A stretch of 64,000 nt of DNA, from NCBI GenBank assembly GCA_965218795.1, contig OZ244653.1:3008001-3072000 (forward strand). Reading direction: 5' to 3'. The position numbers and the translations under genes are program-made. The stretch comes from a bacterium. GTDB lineage: Bacteria; UBA8248; JACPRG01; G963555815. Positions 47,868 to 58,449 of the stretch are shown piece by piece. The notes below the pieces were generated by a model. It was not told where the DNA came from. It made no database searches and saw only the letters and a program-made list of their open reading frames with translations. How positions within the stretch are numbered: the stretch's first letter is position 1; each line of letters opens with the position of its first letter.

Positions 47868-48896
47868 TCAGCTGCTCGGAAGCTTCGGCTTCGGCAGGCT
47901 CTTCGGGAGAAATTTGGTGGTGTACCATTCATTCATGGCCGGGGGGTTCTTCATTTCGTAGGCCTTGGCGATGGCGTCCCGGGTGTACTGCATGATCCCC
48001 GGGTCCATATACCCCAGGCCCTTGGTCTTGAGGTTGCCCCACACCTGGAAACGGCTGCTGAGATTCCACCAGAGTTTTGTCAGCTTCGGGTTCTGGTCGG
48101 GATGGAACTTCAGGAAAATCTTGACGGCTTCCTCCGGGTTCTCGATCGCCCAGGCGTTTCCTTCCAGGCTTGCCTTGACGAAACCTCTGACCTGATTCGG
48201 ATTTTCCCGGATCTTCGCGTCCGTTGTCATGAGCCCGTCGGTGGGCAGCTTCACGCCATAGTCGCTCCAGAGGAATTCGACCACTTCTTCATTGATTTTT
48301 TTTGCCTGAAGCCTCACCGGAATGGCCACGGTCGTGTACGTGATGATGGCGTCCACCTTTTTTGCGATGAGGCTGGGGTTCTTGGCCGCCGGGCGAATAT
48401 ACGTCCACTTCAGGTTTTTCAGACCGACTGCCTTCTGCAATAGCGGCCAGTTGCGGTGCAGCGCGTCGCCGAAGGTCGTCGCAATGTTTTTTCCTTCGAG
48501 GTCCTTCAGGGTCCGGATCCCCGAGCTTTTCAGAGCGAGGACGTTGTACATCAGGCGCTCGTGCCACATCGAGATCATCTTGACTTTCATGCCCTTGCTT
48601 CGGGCGACGACCACTGACCCCACGGCATCGAGGCCGTAATCCTGTTTTCCGGCCGCAACCGAGCTCGAGGGTCCGCCGTAACCCCGTTGAAAGGACATGT
48701 TGATGCCGGCGTTTTTGTACATCCCCTTTTCCCTGGCGGCGTAGTACCCGACATATTTCCCATAAGGGACCCAGTCGAATTTCAGAATGGCATCCTCGGC
48801 GGCGGGCGCGCTCGACGGAAGGAGAATCCCTCCGGTGAGAAGCGAGACCATCCCGAAGACAGCCAACTGCCTTCGCACAACCATTTTCCTTTTCAT
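47868..48896 (-). CDS. NMT1/THI5-like ABC substrate-binding protein
   Basis: Signal peptide; LKFDWVPYGKYVGYYAAREKGMY, DLEGKNIA and FVKASLEG...AIENPEEA motifs. Confidence 0.85.
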   Translation of the reverse strand: MKRKMVVRRQLAVFGMVSLLTGGILLPSSAPAAEDAILKFDWVPYGKYVGYYAAREKGMYKNAGINMSFQRGYGGPSSSVAAGKQDYGLDAVGSVVVARSKGMKVKMISMWHERLMYNVLALKSSGIRTLKDLEGKNIATTFGDALHRNWPLLQKAVGLKNLKWTYIRPAAKNPSLIAKKVDAIITYTTVAIPVRLQAKKINEEVVEFLWSDYGVKLPTDGLMTTDAKIRENPNQVRGFVKASLEGNAWAIENPEEAVKIFLKFHPDQNPKLTKLWWNLSSRFQVWGNLKTKGLGYMDPGIMQYTRDAIAKAYEMKNPPAMNEWYTTKFLPKSLPKPKLPSS

Positions 48897-48958
48897 GTGA
48901 ATGCTCCTCCAGACGGTGACGACCGAGGGGGGAATTGCGTATACTGGTCTCCTGACCG

Positions 48959-48979
48959 CATTCCATTTGCGGTGGAATG
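48959..48979. promoter_or_regulatory. Inverted repeat operator candidate (IclR-like) in divergent promoter region
   Basis: cattcca-tttgcgg-tggaatg. Confidence 0.4.
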
Positions 48980-49099
48980 AAGAAGATTTTTCAACTATAA
49001 CATCTCTTTTCGTTTTCGATCTTCTGTTTTCTGCACTGAATGTCAGCCCCGGAACGTCGGAATTTCACTTTCGATTTTGACGCCAAAAGGGAGAACCCC

Positions 49100-50251
49100 A
49101 TGCAGTTTTATTTCTTTCACCTGATGCCATACCCGTACATGCCGGAGGATTATCTGGACCGTTACGGGACCTCCTGGGCCACGATACCCAACGAACTGTA
49201 CGACCCGGAAGTCGGCCATCAGCTCTACAACGATTACCTGGATGTATTCGAAGAAGCGGATCGCCTGGGCTATGACGGTATCTGCGTCAACGAGCATCAC
49301 CAGACCTGTTACGGTTTGATGCCGTCTCCCAACATCATGGCCGGGGCGTTGGCGCGGCGGACGAGCAACGCAAAAATCGCCATTCTGGGCAACGCCATTT
49401 GCTTGCGGGACCATCCCCTCCGCGTGGCCGAGGAAGTGGCGATGCTGGATGTCATCACCAAAGGGCGGATCATCTCGGGCTTTGTTCGCGGCGTGGGCGA
49501 CGAGTACATCTCCTTCAGCATGGACCCGACCACATCGCGAGACCGTTTCCTGGAGGCCCACGACCTCATCATCCGCGCGTGGACGGAAACCGGCCCCTTC
49601 GCATTCGAGGGAAAGCACTACACCTTCCGGTACGTCAATCCCTGGCCGAGACCCTACCAAAAGCCCCACCCGCCTGTTTGGCTGCCCTCGCAGGGAAGCA
49701 TAGAGACCGTCATCTTCGCCGCGGAGCGGCGTTATCCGTATATGCAGGTGTTCAGCCCGTTCAGCACAGTGAAGCGGATTCTCGACGAATACAAAAAGCA
49801 GGCGGAGAATTTCGGGTATGAAGCGCCGCCGGAGCAGTTGGGATGGGCCGTCCCGATTTATGTGGCCGATACCGACGAAAAGGCATGGGCGGAGGCGGAG
49901 ACCCACGTGGATTTCCTGTTCAACAAGCTGCTGAGGCGGCCTTTCCAGCAGTTCTTTCCCCCCGGGTATCTGACCGAGAAATCGATGGCCCGGGTTGTCG
50001 GTGACAAGAAGATTGGCGGAACGTATTTCGATCCGAGAGGACTGAACGAAAAGGGGATGATCCTGGTCGGCAGCCCCTCGACCGTCCGGGAGCGCCTGGC
50101 CGATTTTCAAGAACAGACGGGCATGGGCCTTCTCGTCGCCCTTCTCCACTTCGGGAGCATGCCCAAGGAGATGACGCTGGAGAATATCGACCTCTTTGCC
50201 AAAGAGGTGATGCCCCATTTTCGCGCGGAGGTCACCGCACCGGTTGCTTGA
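49100..50251 (+). CDS. LLM-class (luciferase-like) flavin-dependent oxidoreductase
   Basis: VNEHHQ, MPSPN, PLRVAEEVAMLD, GFVRG, PRPYQKPHPPVW and LFAKEVMP motifs. Confidence 0.92.
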   Translation: MQFYFFHLMPYPYMPEDYLDRYGTSWATIPNELYDPEVGHQLYNDYLDVFEEADRLGYDGICVNEHHQTCYGLMPSPNIMAGALARRTSNAKIAILGNAICLRDHPLRVAEEVAMLDVITKGRIISGFVRGVGDEYISFSMDPTTSRDRFLEAHDLIIRAWTETGPFAFEGKHYTFRYVNPWPRPYQKPHPPVWLPSQGSIETVIFAAERRYPYMQVFSPFSTVKRILDEYKKQAENFGYEAPPEQLGWAVPIYVADTDEKAWAEAETHVDFLFNKLLRRPFQQFFPPGYLTEKSMARVVGDKKIGGTYFDPRGLNEKGMILVGSPSTVRERLADFQEQTGMGLLVALLHFGSMPKEMTLENIDLFAKEVMPHFRAEVTAPVA

Positions 50252-50384
50252 CCGGCGTTGACTCTTGGATGATGAGCCGGCGCGCCGCGTTGGATCCGAT
50301 GCGGTGCTTTTGCGCTCGGTTCCTTGCCACAATTACATCCGGACGTGGTAGGTTGTCTGCAATCTCTTTGAGAGAGTCTGAATC

Positions 50385-51254
50385 ATGTCCCGATTTGAAG
50401 TACTGGAGCCTGAAAACCTGGACGAGGCCCTTTCGCTGATGGGCCGTGAAGGGGAAGACGTTCCCGTCATGGCCGGCGGGGTGGCGCTCATGATCCTGCT
50501 GAAACAGCGGGTGATCCGGCCCGAGAGAGTCATCACGCTGCGCAAAATCCGGGAGATGCGGGAGATCCGGGACGATCCGGGTGTGGGAGTGAAAATCGGC
50601 TCCCTGGTGACCCATCGGGCCATTGAAGCTTCTCCTGTGGTTCGCAACCGATGTCCCGTTTTTGCCGAAGCGGAGCACTTGGTGGGCAATGTGCGGATAC
50701 GGAACATGGGGACCATTGGGGGCGAGCTCTGTCACGGTGACCCCCACAGCGATGCCGCGCCCGTTCTGGTGGGATTGGGCGCATCGGTCCGTCTGGTCGG
50801 CCCGGGCAGTTCCGGTCAGAGCCGAACCATCCCCATCAGCGAGTTTTTTCTCGATTACATGGAAACCGACGTCAAGCCGGGCGAGCTGCTGGCGGAGCTG
50901 ATGATCCCCGAGCCGCCGAAGGGCGTTCGCGCGACCTATCTCAAGCACGGGACATCGACTTCCACCGACTGGCCCGCCCTCGGAGTGGCCGCCTTCGTGC
51001 AGGGAAATGGCGGGGATGGTTCGGACGTGAGGGTGGTCATTGGCTCCGTGGAGGCGAAGCCCAAGGAGATCGCCGGCTTGAACGAATTGGCCCGCGGCCT
51101 GGCTCCGGGAGAAACGCTCTTCCGCGAGCTCGGAAAACATGCGGCATCCCAGGTGGATCCCCTCGACGACACCCGAGTGTCTCCGTGGTACAAAAAGCAG
51201 TTGACCGAGGTTTACACCGGACGCGCCTTGAAGAGTATTTGGACCGCACAGTAG
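50385..51254 (+). CDS. Mo-hydroxylase FAD-binding medium subunit
   Basis: MAGGVAL, VGNVRIRNMGTIGG, DPHSD and DPLDD motifs. Confidence 0.9.
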   Translation: MSRFEVLEPENLDEALSLMGREGEDVPVMAGGVALMILLKQRVIRPERVITLRKIREMREIRDDPGVGVKIGSLVTHRAIEASPVVRNRCPVFAEAEHLVGNVRIRNMGTIGGELCHGDPHSDAAPVLVGLGASVRLVGPGSSGQSRTIPISEFFLDYMETDVKPGELLAELMIPEPPKGVRATYLKHGTSTSTDWPALGVAAFVQGNGGDGSDVRVVIGSVEAKPKEIAGLNELARGLAPGETLFRELGKHAASQVDPLDDTRVSPWYKKQLTEVYTGRALKSIWTAQ

Positions 51255-51264
51255 GAGACCGGCG

Positions 51265-53613
51265 GTGGCAAAAACCGAAACGAACGGCCTCTCCATCGTC
51301 GGGAGGACTCCCGTACGGCTGGACGGGGTTGAAAAGGTCAGGGGCCTTTCCCCGTACTCGATCAACACCAAAGTTCAAGGGATGCTTCACGCCAAGGTAC
51401 TGAGGAGCCGGCTGCCTCACGCGAAGTTGCTCAGGGTGGATGCCTCCAGGGCGGAGAAGCTCCCCGGCGTGGCCGCCGTGGTGACTCGCGACGATGTCGT
51501 CGGACGCCAAGACCTCGACCCGTATTACGGCGTCGCGCTGCTTGACCAATCGATCGTGGCCATCGACAAGGTGCGGTTTGTGGGAGACATGGTGGCCGGT
51601 GTGGCTGCGGTCGATGCCGAGATCGCTGAAGAAGCGCTGGACCTGATCGACGTGGAGTACGAGGAGCTGCCCGTCGCCATGGACGCCCGCGAGGCCGCGG
51701 CGCCGGACGCCCCCTTGATTCACGAAGAGTTCCGGATGCCGAAGCGGTCGTACGGCGATCTGTCCACCATGAACAGCATTCCCGATTCGAACGTTCCCTA
51801 TCACTTCAAGCTGCGCCGCGGAGACGTGGAACAAGGCTTTCAGGAGTCGGACGAAATCTTCGAGGACGATTACTTCTGTCCGACGACCCAGCACATGGCC
51901 ATGGAGCCGCACGTCTGCATCGCGCAATGGGACCACAACGGCAAGCTCACCCTGTGGGACGGCACGCAGAACCCGTTCACGGTGCGCTCGGTGATGGCGA
52001 ACCTGTTTCAGGTCCCGGTGACGAAAATCCGGATTATCGTGCCGCATCTCGGATCGGGGTACGGAAGCAAGACCTATCCCAAGCTGGAACCTATTCTCGC
52101 CCTGCTGGCTCGGAAGACGGGCGGCCGCGCCGTGCGGCTGGAGCTGACCCGGGAAGAGGTGTTCTACACGGTCACGAAGAACGGCGCCTGGGTGAACATC
52201 CGGACCGGCATGAAGAAGGACGGCACCCTCCACGCGCGCAAGGTCAACATCCACTGGGACATCGGAGCGTATTGCGATATCTCGCCGCGCGTTGTGAAAA
52301 ACGGCGGTTATGTTTCCGCGGGCCCGTACCAGACCCCCCACATTTATGTAGATTCCTATTGCGTCTATACGAACAAACCTCCGGGCGGGGCGTTTCGAGG
52401 CTTCGGGGTTCCCAAGGTGGCGTGGGCCTTTGAGTCGCAGATGGATGACATCGCCCAGGCCCTCGGCATCGACCCGCTCGAGATCCGGATGAAGAACGTC
52501 GTTGGAGAGGGGACGATTTTCGCGACCGGCTCCAAGCTCCATAGCGTCGGGTTCAAGCCCGTCCTCGAGAAGACCGCCGAGGCCATCGGCTGGGGAAAGC
52601 CCAGCGAGCCCGCTCCTCCCGGGAAGGCCCGCGGAAAAGGAATGGCCTGCATCATCAAGAGCACGCTGACCCCATCGACGTCATCCGCGTTCGTCAAGGT
52701 CAATGAGGACGGCACGGTCTCGCTCCTGTCCAGCACGATTGAAATGGGGCAGGGGGCGGACACTCTGCTTTCCCAGATCCTGGCCGAAGAGATGGGGGTT
52801 CCGCTGTCGACGGTTTCCCGCGCCCAGCCCGATACGGACGTGACCCCCTATGACCTGACCACGAGTTCCAGCCGATCGACCTTCCACATGGGCCGTGCGG
52901 TCCGGCTGGCGGCCATCGACGCGCGCAACCAGATCCTGGACCTGGCGGCTGAAATGCTGGAGGTCAGCCCGGAGGACCTGACGCTCTCCGAGGGAAGAAT
53001 CTCGGTGCGCGGAAATCCGGACCGCGGTCTGGAGCTGGAAGAATTCGTGCAGGGTTACTTCAAGACGAAAGGCGGAAACATTCTCGGCCGGGGCGTGATC
53101 AAGACCGAGGGGGGCAAGCTGGACGCCGAGACGGGACAGGCCGAGATTACGACGGCGTTCTGGTTCGTCGGCGCCTGCGGCGCGGAGGTCGAGGTCGATA
53201 CCGAGACCGGAGATGTCCGCGTCCTGGACTTCGTCAGCGTGGTGGATTGCGGAAAGGCGATTCATCCGGAGCTCTGCCTGGGCCAGATCGGCGGCGCGGC
53301 CGCGCAGGGAATCGGTCAGACCTTTTACGAAGAGCTCCGCTTCGACAACGGGCAGCCGACCAATCCGAACTTGCTGGATTATTCGCTGCCGTCCTTCATG
53401 GAAACGCCCGATCGCTTCACGTCGCACTACATCGAGAACCCTCATCAGGAGGGGCCGTTCGGAGCGAAAGGAGTAGGGGAATCGTCCATCGGAGCGACGG
53501 CGCCCGCCATCGCCAACGCCATCTTTCACGCCGTCGGCGTTCGGCCCAAGGTACTCCCGATGACGTCGGAATCCATCCTGGCCTTGATCCACGAACAACA
53601 GGAGCAGGAATGA
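51265..53613 (+). CDS. Xanthine dehydrogenase family Mo-binding large subunit
   Basis: LGSGYGSK, GAFRGFG, EMGQG, TSSSRST and AKGVGES motifs. Confidence 0.93.
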   Translation: MAKTETNGLSIVGRTPVRLDGVEKVRGLSPYSINTKVQGMLHAKVLRSRLPHAKLLRVDASRAEKLPGVAAVVTRDDVVGRQDLDPYYGVALLDQSIVAIDKVRFVGDMVAGVAAVDAEIAEEALDLIDVEYEELPVAMDAREAAAPDAPLIHEEFRMPKRSYGDLSTMNSIPDSNVPYHFKLRRGDVEQGFQESDEIFEDDYFCPTTQHMAMEPHVCIAQWDHNGKLTLWDGTQNPFTVRSVMANLFQVPVTKIRIIVPHLGSGYGSKTYPKLEPILALLARKTGGRAVRLELTREEVFYTVTKNGAWVNIRTGMKKDGTLHARKVNIHWDIGAYCDISPRVVKNGGYVSAGPYQTPHIYVDSYCVYTNKPPGGAFRGFGVPKVAWAFESQMDDIAQALGIDPLEIRMKNVVGEGTIFATGSKLHSVGFKPVLEKTAEAIGWGKPSEPAPPGKARGKGMACIIKSTLTPSTSSAFVKVNEDGTVSLLSSTIEMGQGADTLLSQILAEEMGVPLSTVSRAQPDTDVTPYDLTTSSSRSTFHMGRAVRLAAIDARNQILDLAAEMLEVSPEDLTLSEGRISVRGNPDRGLELEEFVQGYFKTKGGNILGRGVIKTEGGKLDAETGQAEITTAFWFVGACGAEVEVDTETGDVRVLDFVSVVDCGKAIHPELCLGQIGGAAAQGIGQTFYEELRFDNGQPTNPNLLDYSLPSFMETPDRFTSHYIENPHQEGPFGAKGVGESSIGATAPAIANAIFHAVGVRPKVLPMTSESILALIHEQQEQE

Positions 53614-54083
53614 TCATGAGCGGCCGGCCCTTGACACTTTCCGTCAATGGGAAGACGCACGAAATCACGGTTCCCGCCCACAAGTTGCTGCTTGATGCTT
53701 TACGGGAAGACCTGGGATTGGTGGCCACGAAGGAAACCTGCAGCCTCGGCGCCTGCGGGGCCTGTACGGTCCTTCTCGACGGCGAGCCCATCGCCTCGTG
53801 TATCACACTGGCCCGGTATGCCGAAGGCCGCGAGGTCATCACGCTCGAGGGAATCGAGAAGAACGGGGAGCTGCATCCGCTCCAAAAATCGTTTCTCGCG
53901 CATAACGCCTTCCAATGCGCATTCTGCACGCCCGGGATGATCATGATGGCCTGCGGCTTGCTCAAGGACAACCCCAAGCCCAGCGAGGCGGAGATCCGGG
54001 AGTATATGGCGGGGAACATCTGCCGCTGCACGACGTATCACGAGATCATCCGTGCCATTCAGGACGCCCACAACTTCACCTGA
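53610..54083 (+). CDS. Mo-hydroxylase [2Fe-2S] small subunit
   Basis: TCSLGACGAC, QCAFCTPG and NICRCTTY motifs; ATGA overlap. Confidence 0.93.
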   Translation: MIMSGRPLTLSVNGKTHEITVPAHKLLLDALREDLGLVATKETCSLGACGACTVLLDGEPIASCITLARYAEGREVITLEGIEKNGELHPLQKSFLAHNAFQCAFCTPGMIMMACGLLKDNPKPSEAEIREYMAGNICRCTTYHEIIRAIQDAHNFT

Positions 54084-54094
54084 GAAAAAGGCGC

Positions 54095-55531
54095 ATGACG
54101 AATCAACGGGAAGTCGAAACGCTCATCAAGAACGCCCGCGTCGTCACCCCGACGGGCACCCTGCGAAACGCCGGCGTCGCCATCGAAAAGGGAAGGATCG
54201 TAGCGGTCGGTGAGGCGGAGCGTCTGCCCGAAGGGAAAAAGACGATCGACGGGGCGGGGCATTATCTCCTGCCGGGGGTCATCGACCCGCATACCCACCC
54301 GGGCCCCTATCGGCCCTTCGAGGATGACGTGGAGTCGGAGACCCGCAGCGCGGCCGCGGGCGGAGTGACGACGATGGTCGGCATCGTCAAAAGCACCCGA
54401 TTGGGCCAGCCCTACAAGGAGTTCGCCGAGCCGGAGGACGTGGTCTCCTACGCCGAGCTGTTCCCGCGCGCCCGGGACATCATCAACGACCGTGCGTTCG
54501 TGGACATGGCCTTGACGTTCGCTGTCGTCTCGGACCAGCACGCCAGGGAGATCCCGGTGTACGCCGAAGAGTGCGGGGTGACCTCCTTCAAATTCTATCT
54601 GGGTTATGCCATCGCGACGAAGTGGTCGTCGCGCATCGGTCTCCCCACCTCCTGGGACGACGGGACCCTGTTTTTGGGGATGGAGCAGGTGGCGCGGATC
54701 GGCGGCGTTGCCCCTTTCCACGCGGAGAACCGGCAGGTCGTTCGCGTGCTCCAAGAGCGGGTCAAGGCGGCGGGAAAGAAAAACCTTGCGGCCTGGGAGG
54801 AGGCGTCCCCCGATTTTCTGGAGGCCGTGGACGTCCTCAAGGTGGGATTCTTCTCCCAGCTCCTCGGCTGCCATACCTACGCGGTGCATTTGAATTCAGG
54901 CATGGGGCTCGACGCCGTCCGGAAGGTGAGGGCCGAGGGAGCCATGATGACCGCGGAGGTCTGCACCCAGTACCTGACCTTGACCAGGGACGATTGGCCG
55001 TTCCCCGGCTCCATGGCCGTCAACCACCCGCCCATTCGGGACAAGGCCAATCAGGACAGGCTCTGGGAAGGACTGGCGAACGGCGATATCCAGTGTGTGG
55101 GCACCGACCACGTTCCCGGTTTCCGGGACGAGATCGTCAATGAGGAAGACGTCTGGCAGTCGGCCTCGGGCATGACGGGAAGCGCGACGCTGTTGCCGCT
55201 GCTCCTGAGTGAAGGCGTGAACGGGGGACGCATCACCATCGAGCAGGTTGCTCGGGTGACCTCTGAGAACACCGCGAAGGCCATCCACCTCTACCCCCGC
55301 AAGGGGGTGATTCAGGTGGGCTCCGACGCCGATCTCGTCCTGGTGGATCTGAATGAAAAACGGACGGTCCGGGGAAAGGACCTCCACACCGCGTCTGACT
55401 TTTGCGTATTCGAGGGCCGGGAACTGACCGGCTGGCCGGTGATGACCATGGTGCGGGGGAATGTCGTTATGGAGAAAGGAAAGCTCGTCGGCGAGCCGAC
55501 GGGGCAATACCTCCACCGGAAATTGGCCTAA
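54095..55531 (+). CDS. Cyclic amidohydrolase (dihydropyrimidinase/dihydroorotase family)
   Basis: DPHTH, AAAGGVTT, TSFKFY, FHAEN, AVHL, HPPIR and GTDHVP motifs. Confidence 0.9.
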   Translation: MTNQREVETLIKNARVVTPTGTLRNAGVAIEKGRIVAVGEAERLPEGKKTIDGAGHYLLPGVIDPHTHPGPYRPFEDDVESETRSAAAGGVTTMVGIVKSTRLGQPYKEFAEPEDVVSYAELFPRARDIINDRAFVDMALTFAVVSDQHAREIPVYAEECGVTSFKFYLGYAIATKWSSRIGLPTSWDDGTLFLGMEQVARIGGVAPFHAENRQVVRVLQERVKAAGKKNLAAWEEASPDFLEAVDVLKVGFFSQLLGCHTYAVHLNSGMGLDAVRKVRAEGAMMTAEVCTQYLTLTRDDWPFPGSMAVNHPPIRDKANQDRLWEGLANGDIQCVGTDHVPGFRDEIVNEEDVWQSASGMTGSATLLPLLLSEGVNGGRITIEQVARVTSENTAKAIHLYPRKGVIQVGSDADLVLVDLNEKRTVRGKDLHTASDFCVFEGRELTGWPVMTMVRGNVVMEKGKLVGEPTGQYLHRKLA

Positions 55532-56403
55532 GGGCCGTATTGTTCCTCCCAACCCTCGATCCTATCCAAACCCGTCACCCGGTTTCTTTCCTGCATCGTG
55601 ATCAGCAAATCCAAGTGACCCGCCGTCGTCCCTTCCTGCCGCAGGGCATCGAGAATCGTCTGAATCCCCTTCACGCCCGCCCGTAAGACACAATTGGCGA
55701 ATAGCGCTATTTTGAAGCCCATGGCGACGAGTTCATCCCCGTCGAGGAGCGGGGACTTGCCGCCCTCGACCATGTTGGCAAGCTGAGGAACCGGAACCTC
55801 CTTCGGGATACGGGCCATCTCTTCTTTCGTCAGCGGGGCCTCGACAAACGTCATGTCCGCCCCCGCCTCGGCATATGCCCGCGCCCTCTCGATGGCCGCG
55901 TCGAGACCCTCCGTCTCCCGCGCGTCCGTGCGGGCGATGATGACGAGCGCCTCGTCGGCCCGCGCGTCCAGCGCCGCCCGGACCTTTCCCGCCATCTCCT
56001 CCAGCGGGATCACGGCTTTGCCGTCGAAATGTCCGCACTGCTTTGGAAAGACCTGATCCTCCAGTTGAATCCCCCCTACGCCGAGCCGGCCGATCTCCCG
56101 GACGGTCCGGATGACGCTGGCGGGCCCCCCGTAGCCGGTGTCCGCGTCCACAATGACCGGCACGTCCACGGCCTCGACGATTCGTCCGACCTGCTGGGCG
56201 ACTTCCGCAAAGCTGAGCAGCCCCTTGTCGGCCAGACCCAGCTGGGTGTTGGACATCCCCGCGCCCGTCGCGTAGACGACGGGAAACCCGGCGTCCTCGA
56301 TGAGCCGGGCCGTCAGGGCATCGTATGCGCCCGGGACGGTGATGATCCCCGTCCCGGCCAGCAACCTGCGGATTTGCGTTCCGGGATGCTCTTTCAATGC
56401 CAT
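55528..56403 (-). CDS. Isocitrate lyase/PEP mutase family C-C lyase (PrpB/dimethylmalate-lyase-like)
   Basis: PGAYDAL, DADTGYG, LEDQVFPKQCGH, ARTDA and ANMVEGG motifs. Confidence 0.9.
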   Translation of the reverse strand: MALKEHPGTQIRRLLAGTGIITVPGAYDALTARLIEDAGFPVVYATGAGMSNTQLGLADKGLLSFAEVAQQVGRIVEAVDVPVIVDADTGYGGPASVIRTVREIGRLGVGGIQLEDQVFPKQCGHFDGKAVIPLEEMAGKVRAALDARADEALVIIARTDARETEGLDAAIERARAYAEAGADMTFVEAPLTKEEMARIPKEVPVPQLANMVEGGKSPLLDGDELVAMGFKIALFANCVLRAGVKGIQTILDALRQEGTTAGHLDLLITMQERNRVTGLDRIEGWEEQYGP

Positions 56404-56532
56404 GATTCCTGGTTTCCGCCTGGTACGTTTTGCAAGTTCAATGTCCGCGCTCGATTTTTCTCTGTTCCGCGTTGAAGACTGACACCGCAAGCAGGTCGAG
56501 CACTGCTCGGCCGGAAAAAGTTTTTTGGAGGG

Positions 56533-57708
56533 CTAGGGAGGCGGCCTTTCAAAAAAATCCCCCTCATCATTTTCTGCAATTCCTGATTCTCCTGAGAGGA
56601 GTTTCGCAGGCACCAGAACAAACCCTTCCATCAGCCGTCTCGCGGTTCGGACGGTCTTGACCCACGAGATCTTCGGTCCGGCGTCGCCTTCTTCGACCAC
56701 CTCGACCTGCAGGGTCATTTGGCCGGACGGATGTTGAAACGTCACGTCCGGAGCGCTTGACTCTCGGGCGACGGAATGAACCACTGTGCCCTCGATCTTC
56801 GCCGCCGCGGTCGTGGCGATGGCCCCGGTCAGGGCAAAGGCCTTGTGGGTTTTCCCCATCGAGAGTATCGCGGCTTTAAACTGGATATCCTCGTCGCTTG
56901 CGAGAGGGAATACCATGCCCGCCTTTGGGATGGCCGGAGATCTGGACGCCGCCTCCGCCGCCCCGGTGACCAAGCCGCAGGCTTGGGCCGCCCATCCCCG
57001 GATCGCTTCGAGCCGTGTCAGGACATCCTCATTGGCATCCACCTCGGCGGGGGATTCGTCACCCGTCAGTCCCACGTCTTCGCCGCGCACGAATACGGTA
57101 GGATTTCCCGCATCCACGAGAGAGACTTCGACGTGCCGGCCGTCATCGAGCGTTACGCCATCGAGCCGATTCCCGGTTGGAAGGAGCGCCTTCGTTACGG
57201 AACCCCCGGGCTCATCGAAGCGCACGTAGATCGGGGCCCCTGATCCGCGGACTCCGGCAATCTCGCAGTCTCCTTCCACCATCGCGTTGCCGTCTTGCAC
57301 CGGGACCTCGGCAACAATCATCTTCCCGGTATTGAGATTCAGGATCCTCACGGCCGTGACGGGCTCAACCGCCTCGATCATCCTCTCGTCGATGGCGAAT
57401 GGCCCCACCGCAGCCGACAGGTTTCCGCAATTCCCCTGGTAATCGACCAACGGTGAAGTCACGCTCACCTGGCCGAAAAGGTATCGGACCGGCTCGCCGG
57501 GCCCTTCGGGCGGGGCGATGATGGCCGCCTTGCTGGCGCTGGAGAATCCCGACCCCAACCCGTCCACCTGCCGGGGGTCCGGGCTGCCCATAGCCCGCAG
57601 GAGGATGGCGTCCCGCAACTCCGGGTCCTCCGGGAGATCGGCATCCCGGAAGAATAGCCCCTTGCTCGTTCCGCCTCTCATGTAAACGCTTCGAATTCGA
57701 AGGGACAT
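56533..57708 (-). CDS. PrpF-family isomerase (aconitate/3-methylitaconate isomerase-like)
   Basis: YMRGGTSKGLFF, GSPDPRQVDGLG, GNCGNLSAAVG, DAGNP, SMGKTHKA, HPSG and RTARRLMEG motifs. Confidence 0.92.
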   Translation of the reverse strand: MSLRIRSVYMRGGTSKGLFFRDADLPEDPELRDAILLRAMGSPDPRQVDGLGSGFSSASKAAIIAPPEGPGEPVRYLFGQVSVTSPLVDYQGNCGNLSAAVGPFAIDERMIEAVEPVTAVRILNLNTGKMIVAEVPVQDGNAMVEGDCEIAGVRGSGAPIYVRFDEPGGSVTKALLPTGNRLDGVTLDDGRHVEVSLVDAGNPTVFVRGEDVGLTGDESPAEVDANEDVLTRLEAIRGWAAQACGLVTGAAEAASRSPAIPKAGMVFPLASDEDIQFKAAILSMGKTHKAFALTGAIATTAAAKIEGTVVHSVARESSAPDVTFQHPSGQMTLQVEVVEEGDAGPKISWVKTVRTARRLMEGFVLVPAKLLSGESGIAENDEGDFFERPPP

Positions 57709-57839
57709 CTCGTTTTACCCAAGCGGTCTATTCAATGAGACCGAAATCGTGACTCGCTTATAAGGATGAGAGCATCTGAAGTTTGGTTCAAACTTGGGAG
57801 AGGCAATGAGGACCCCTGCCACGTCTTCCCGTTCATGGT

Positions 57840-58301
57840 TCAGCCGCGGTTTGCGAGCTCGTTATCGAGGGCTTTGAAGAACTGGCCCATCAGAAGCCTG
57901 GACACGCCGCCCAGCATCCGCTGGCCGACGCCGGCGATCACTCCGCCCACCTGTACATCCCCTTCTACATTCAGCACCGTCTGGTCTCCGTCGGGCTCCA
58001 GCCGGATCGCGGCGGACCCTCTCATGAATCCGGGGGCGCCGCTCCCTTCCACGATCATCCGGTAACTTTCCGGAGGCTGGACGGCTTCCATCATCACCGA
58101 GCCGAAAAACTCACCCTTCACCGGCGCCACACCCACATTGAGCTTCGCCTCGAACGCTCCGGGGGCGGTCTCCTCGAGATGCTGACAGCCCGGTATGATC
58201 TTCGTGAGAGCATCCGCATCCATGATGAGATCCCAGACCTTTTGTTGGGGCGCCTTGAGCTTGTGCTTGCCTTGAACTTTCAAGATGTTTTCTCCGTTCA
58301 T
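57840..58301 (-). CDS. coxG: CoxG/SRPBCC family protein
   Basis: VWDLIMD, IPGC, VGVAPVKG, VGGVIAGVGQRM and QFF motifs. Confidence 0.85.
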   Translation of the reverse strand: MNGENILKVQGKHKLKAPQQKVWDLIMDADALTKIIPGCQHLEETAPGAFEAKLNVGVAPVKGEFFGSVMMEAVQPPESYRMIVEGSGAPGFMRGSAAIRLEPDGDQTVLNVEGDVQVGGVIAGVGQRMLGGVSRLLMGQFFKALDNELANRG

Positions 58302-58449
58302 ACGAAACCCGTCGGGGCTTCAAGGTCGTTCTCAGAGAGAACTCTAATCGAAATTCCATTCCCTCGACAACCGCCGTCTCTTGGGGTTCGATGGGATCCG
58401 GGGGAGGATGGCTTCGCTCGAATTGAATGGAGCGCGCGCCGGAGGAGTG

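Noticed and set aside
55528-57708. Methylcitrate cycle operon (prpB/prpF)
   Set aside because: No prpC, acnD or prpD adjacent; family membership alone does not fix the function.
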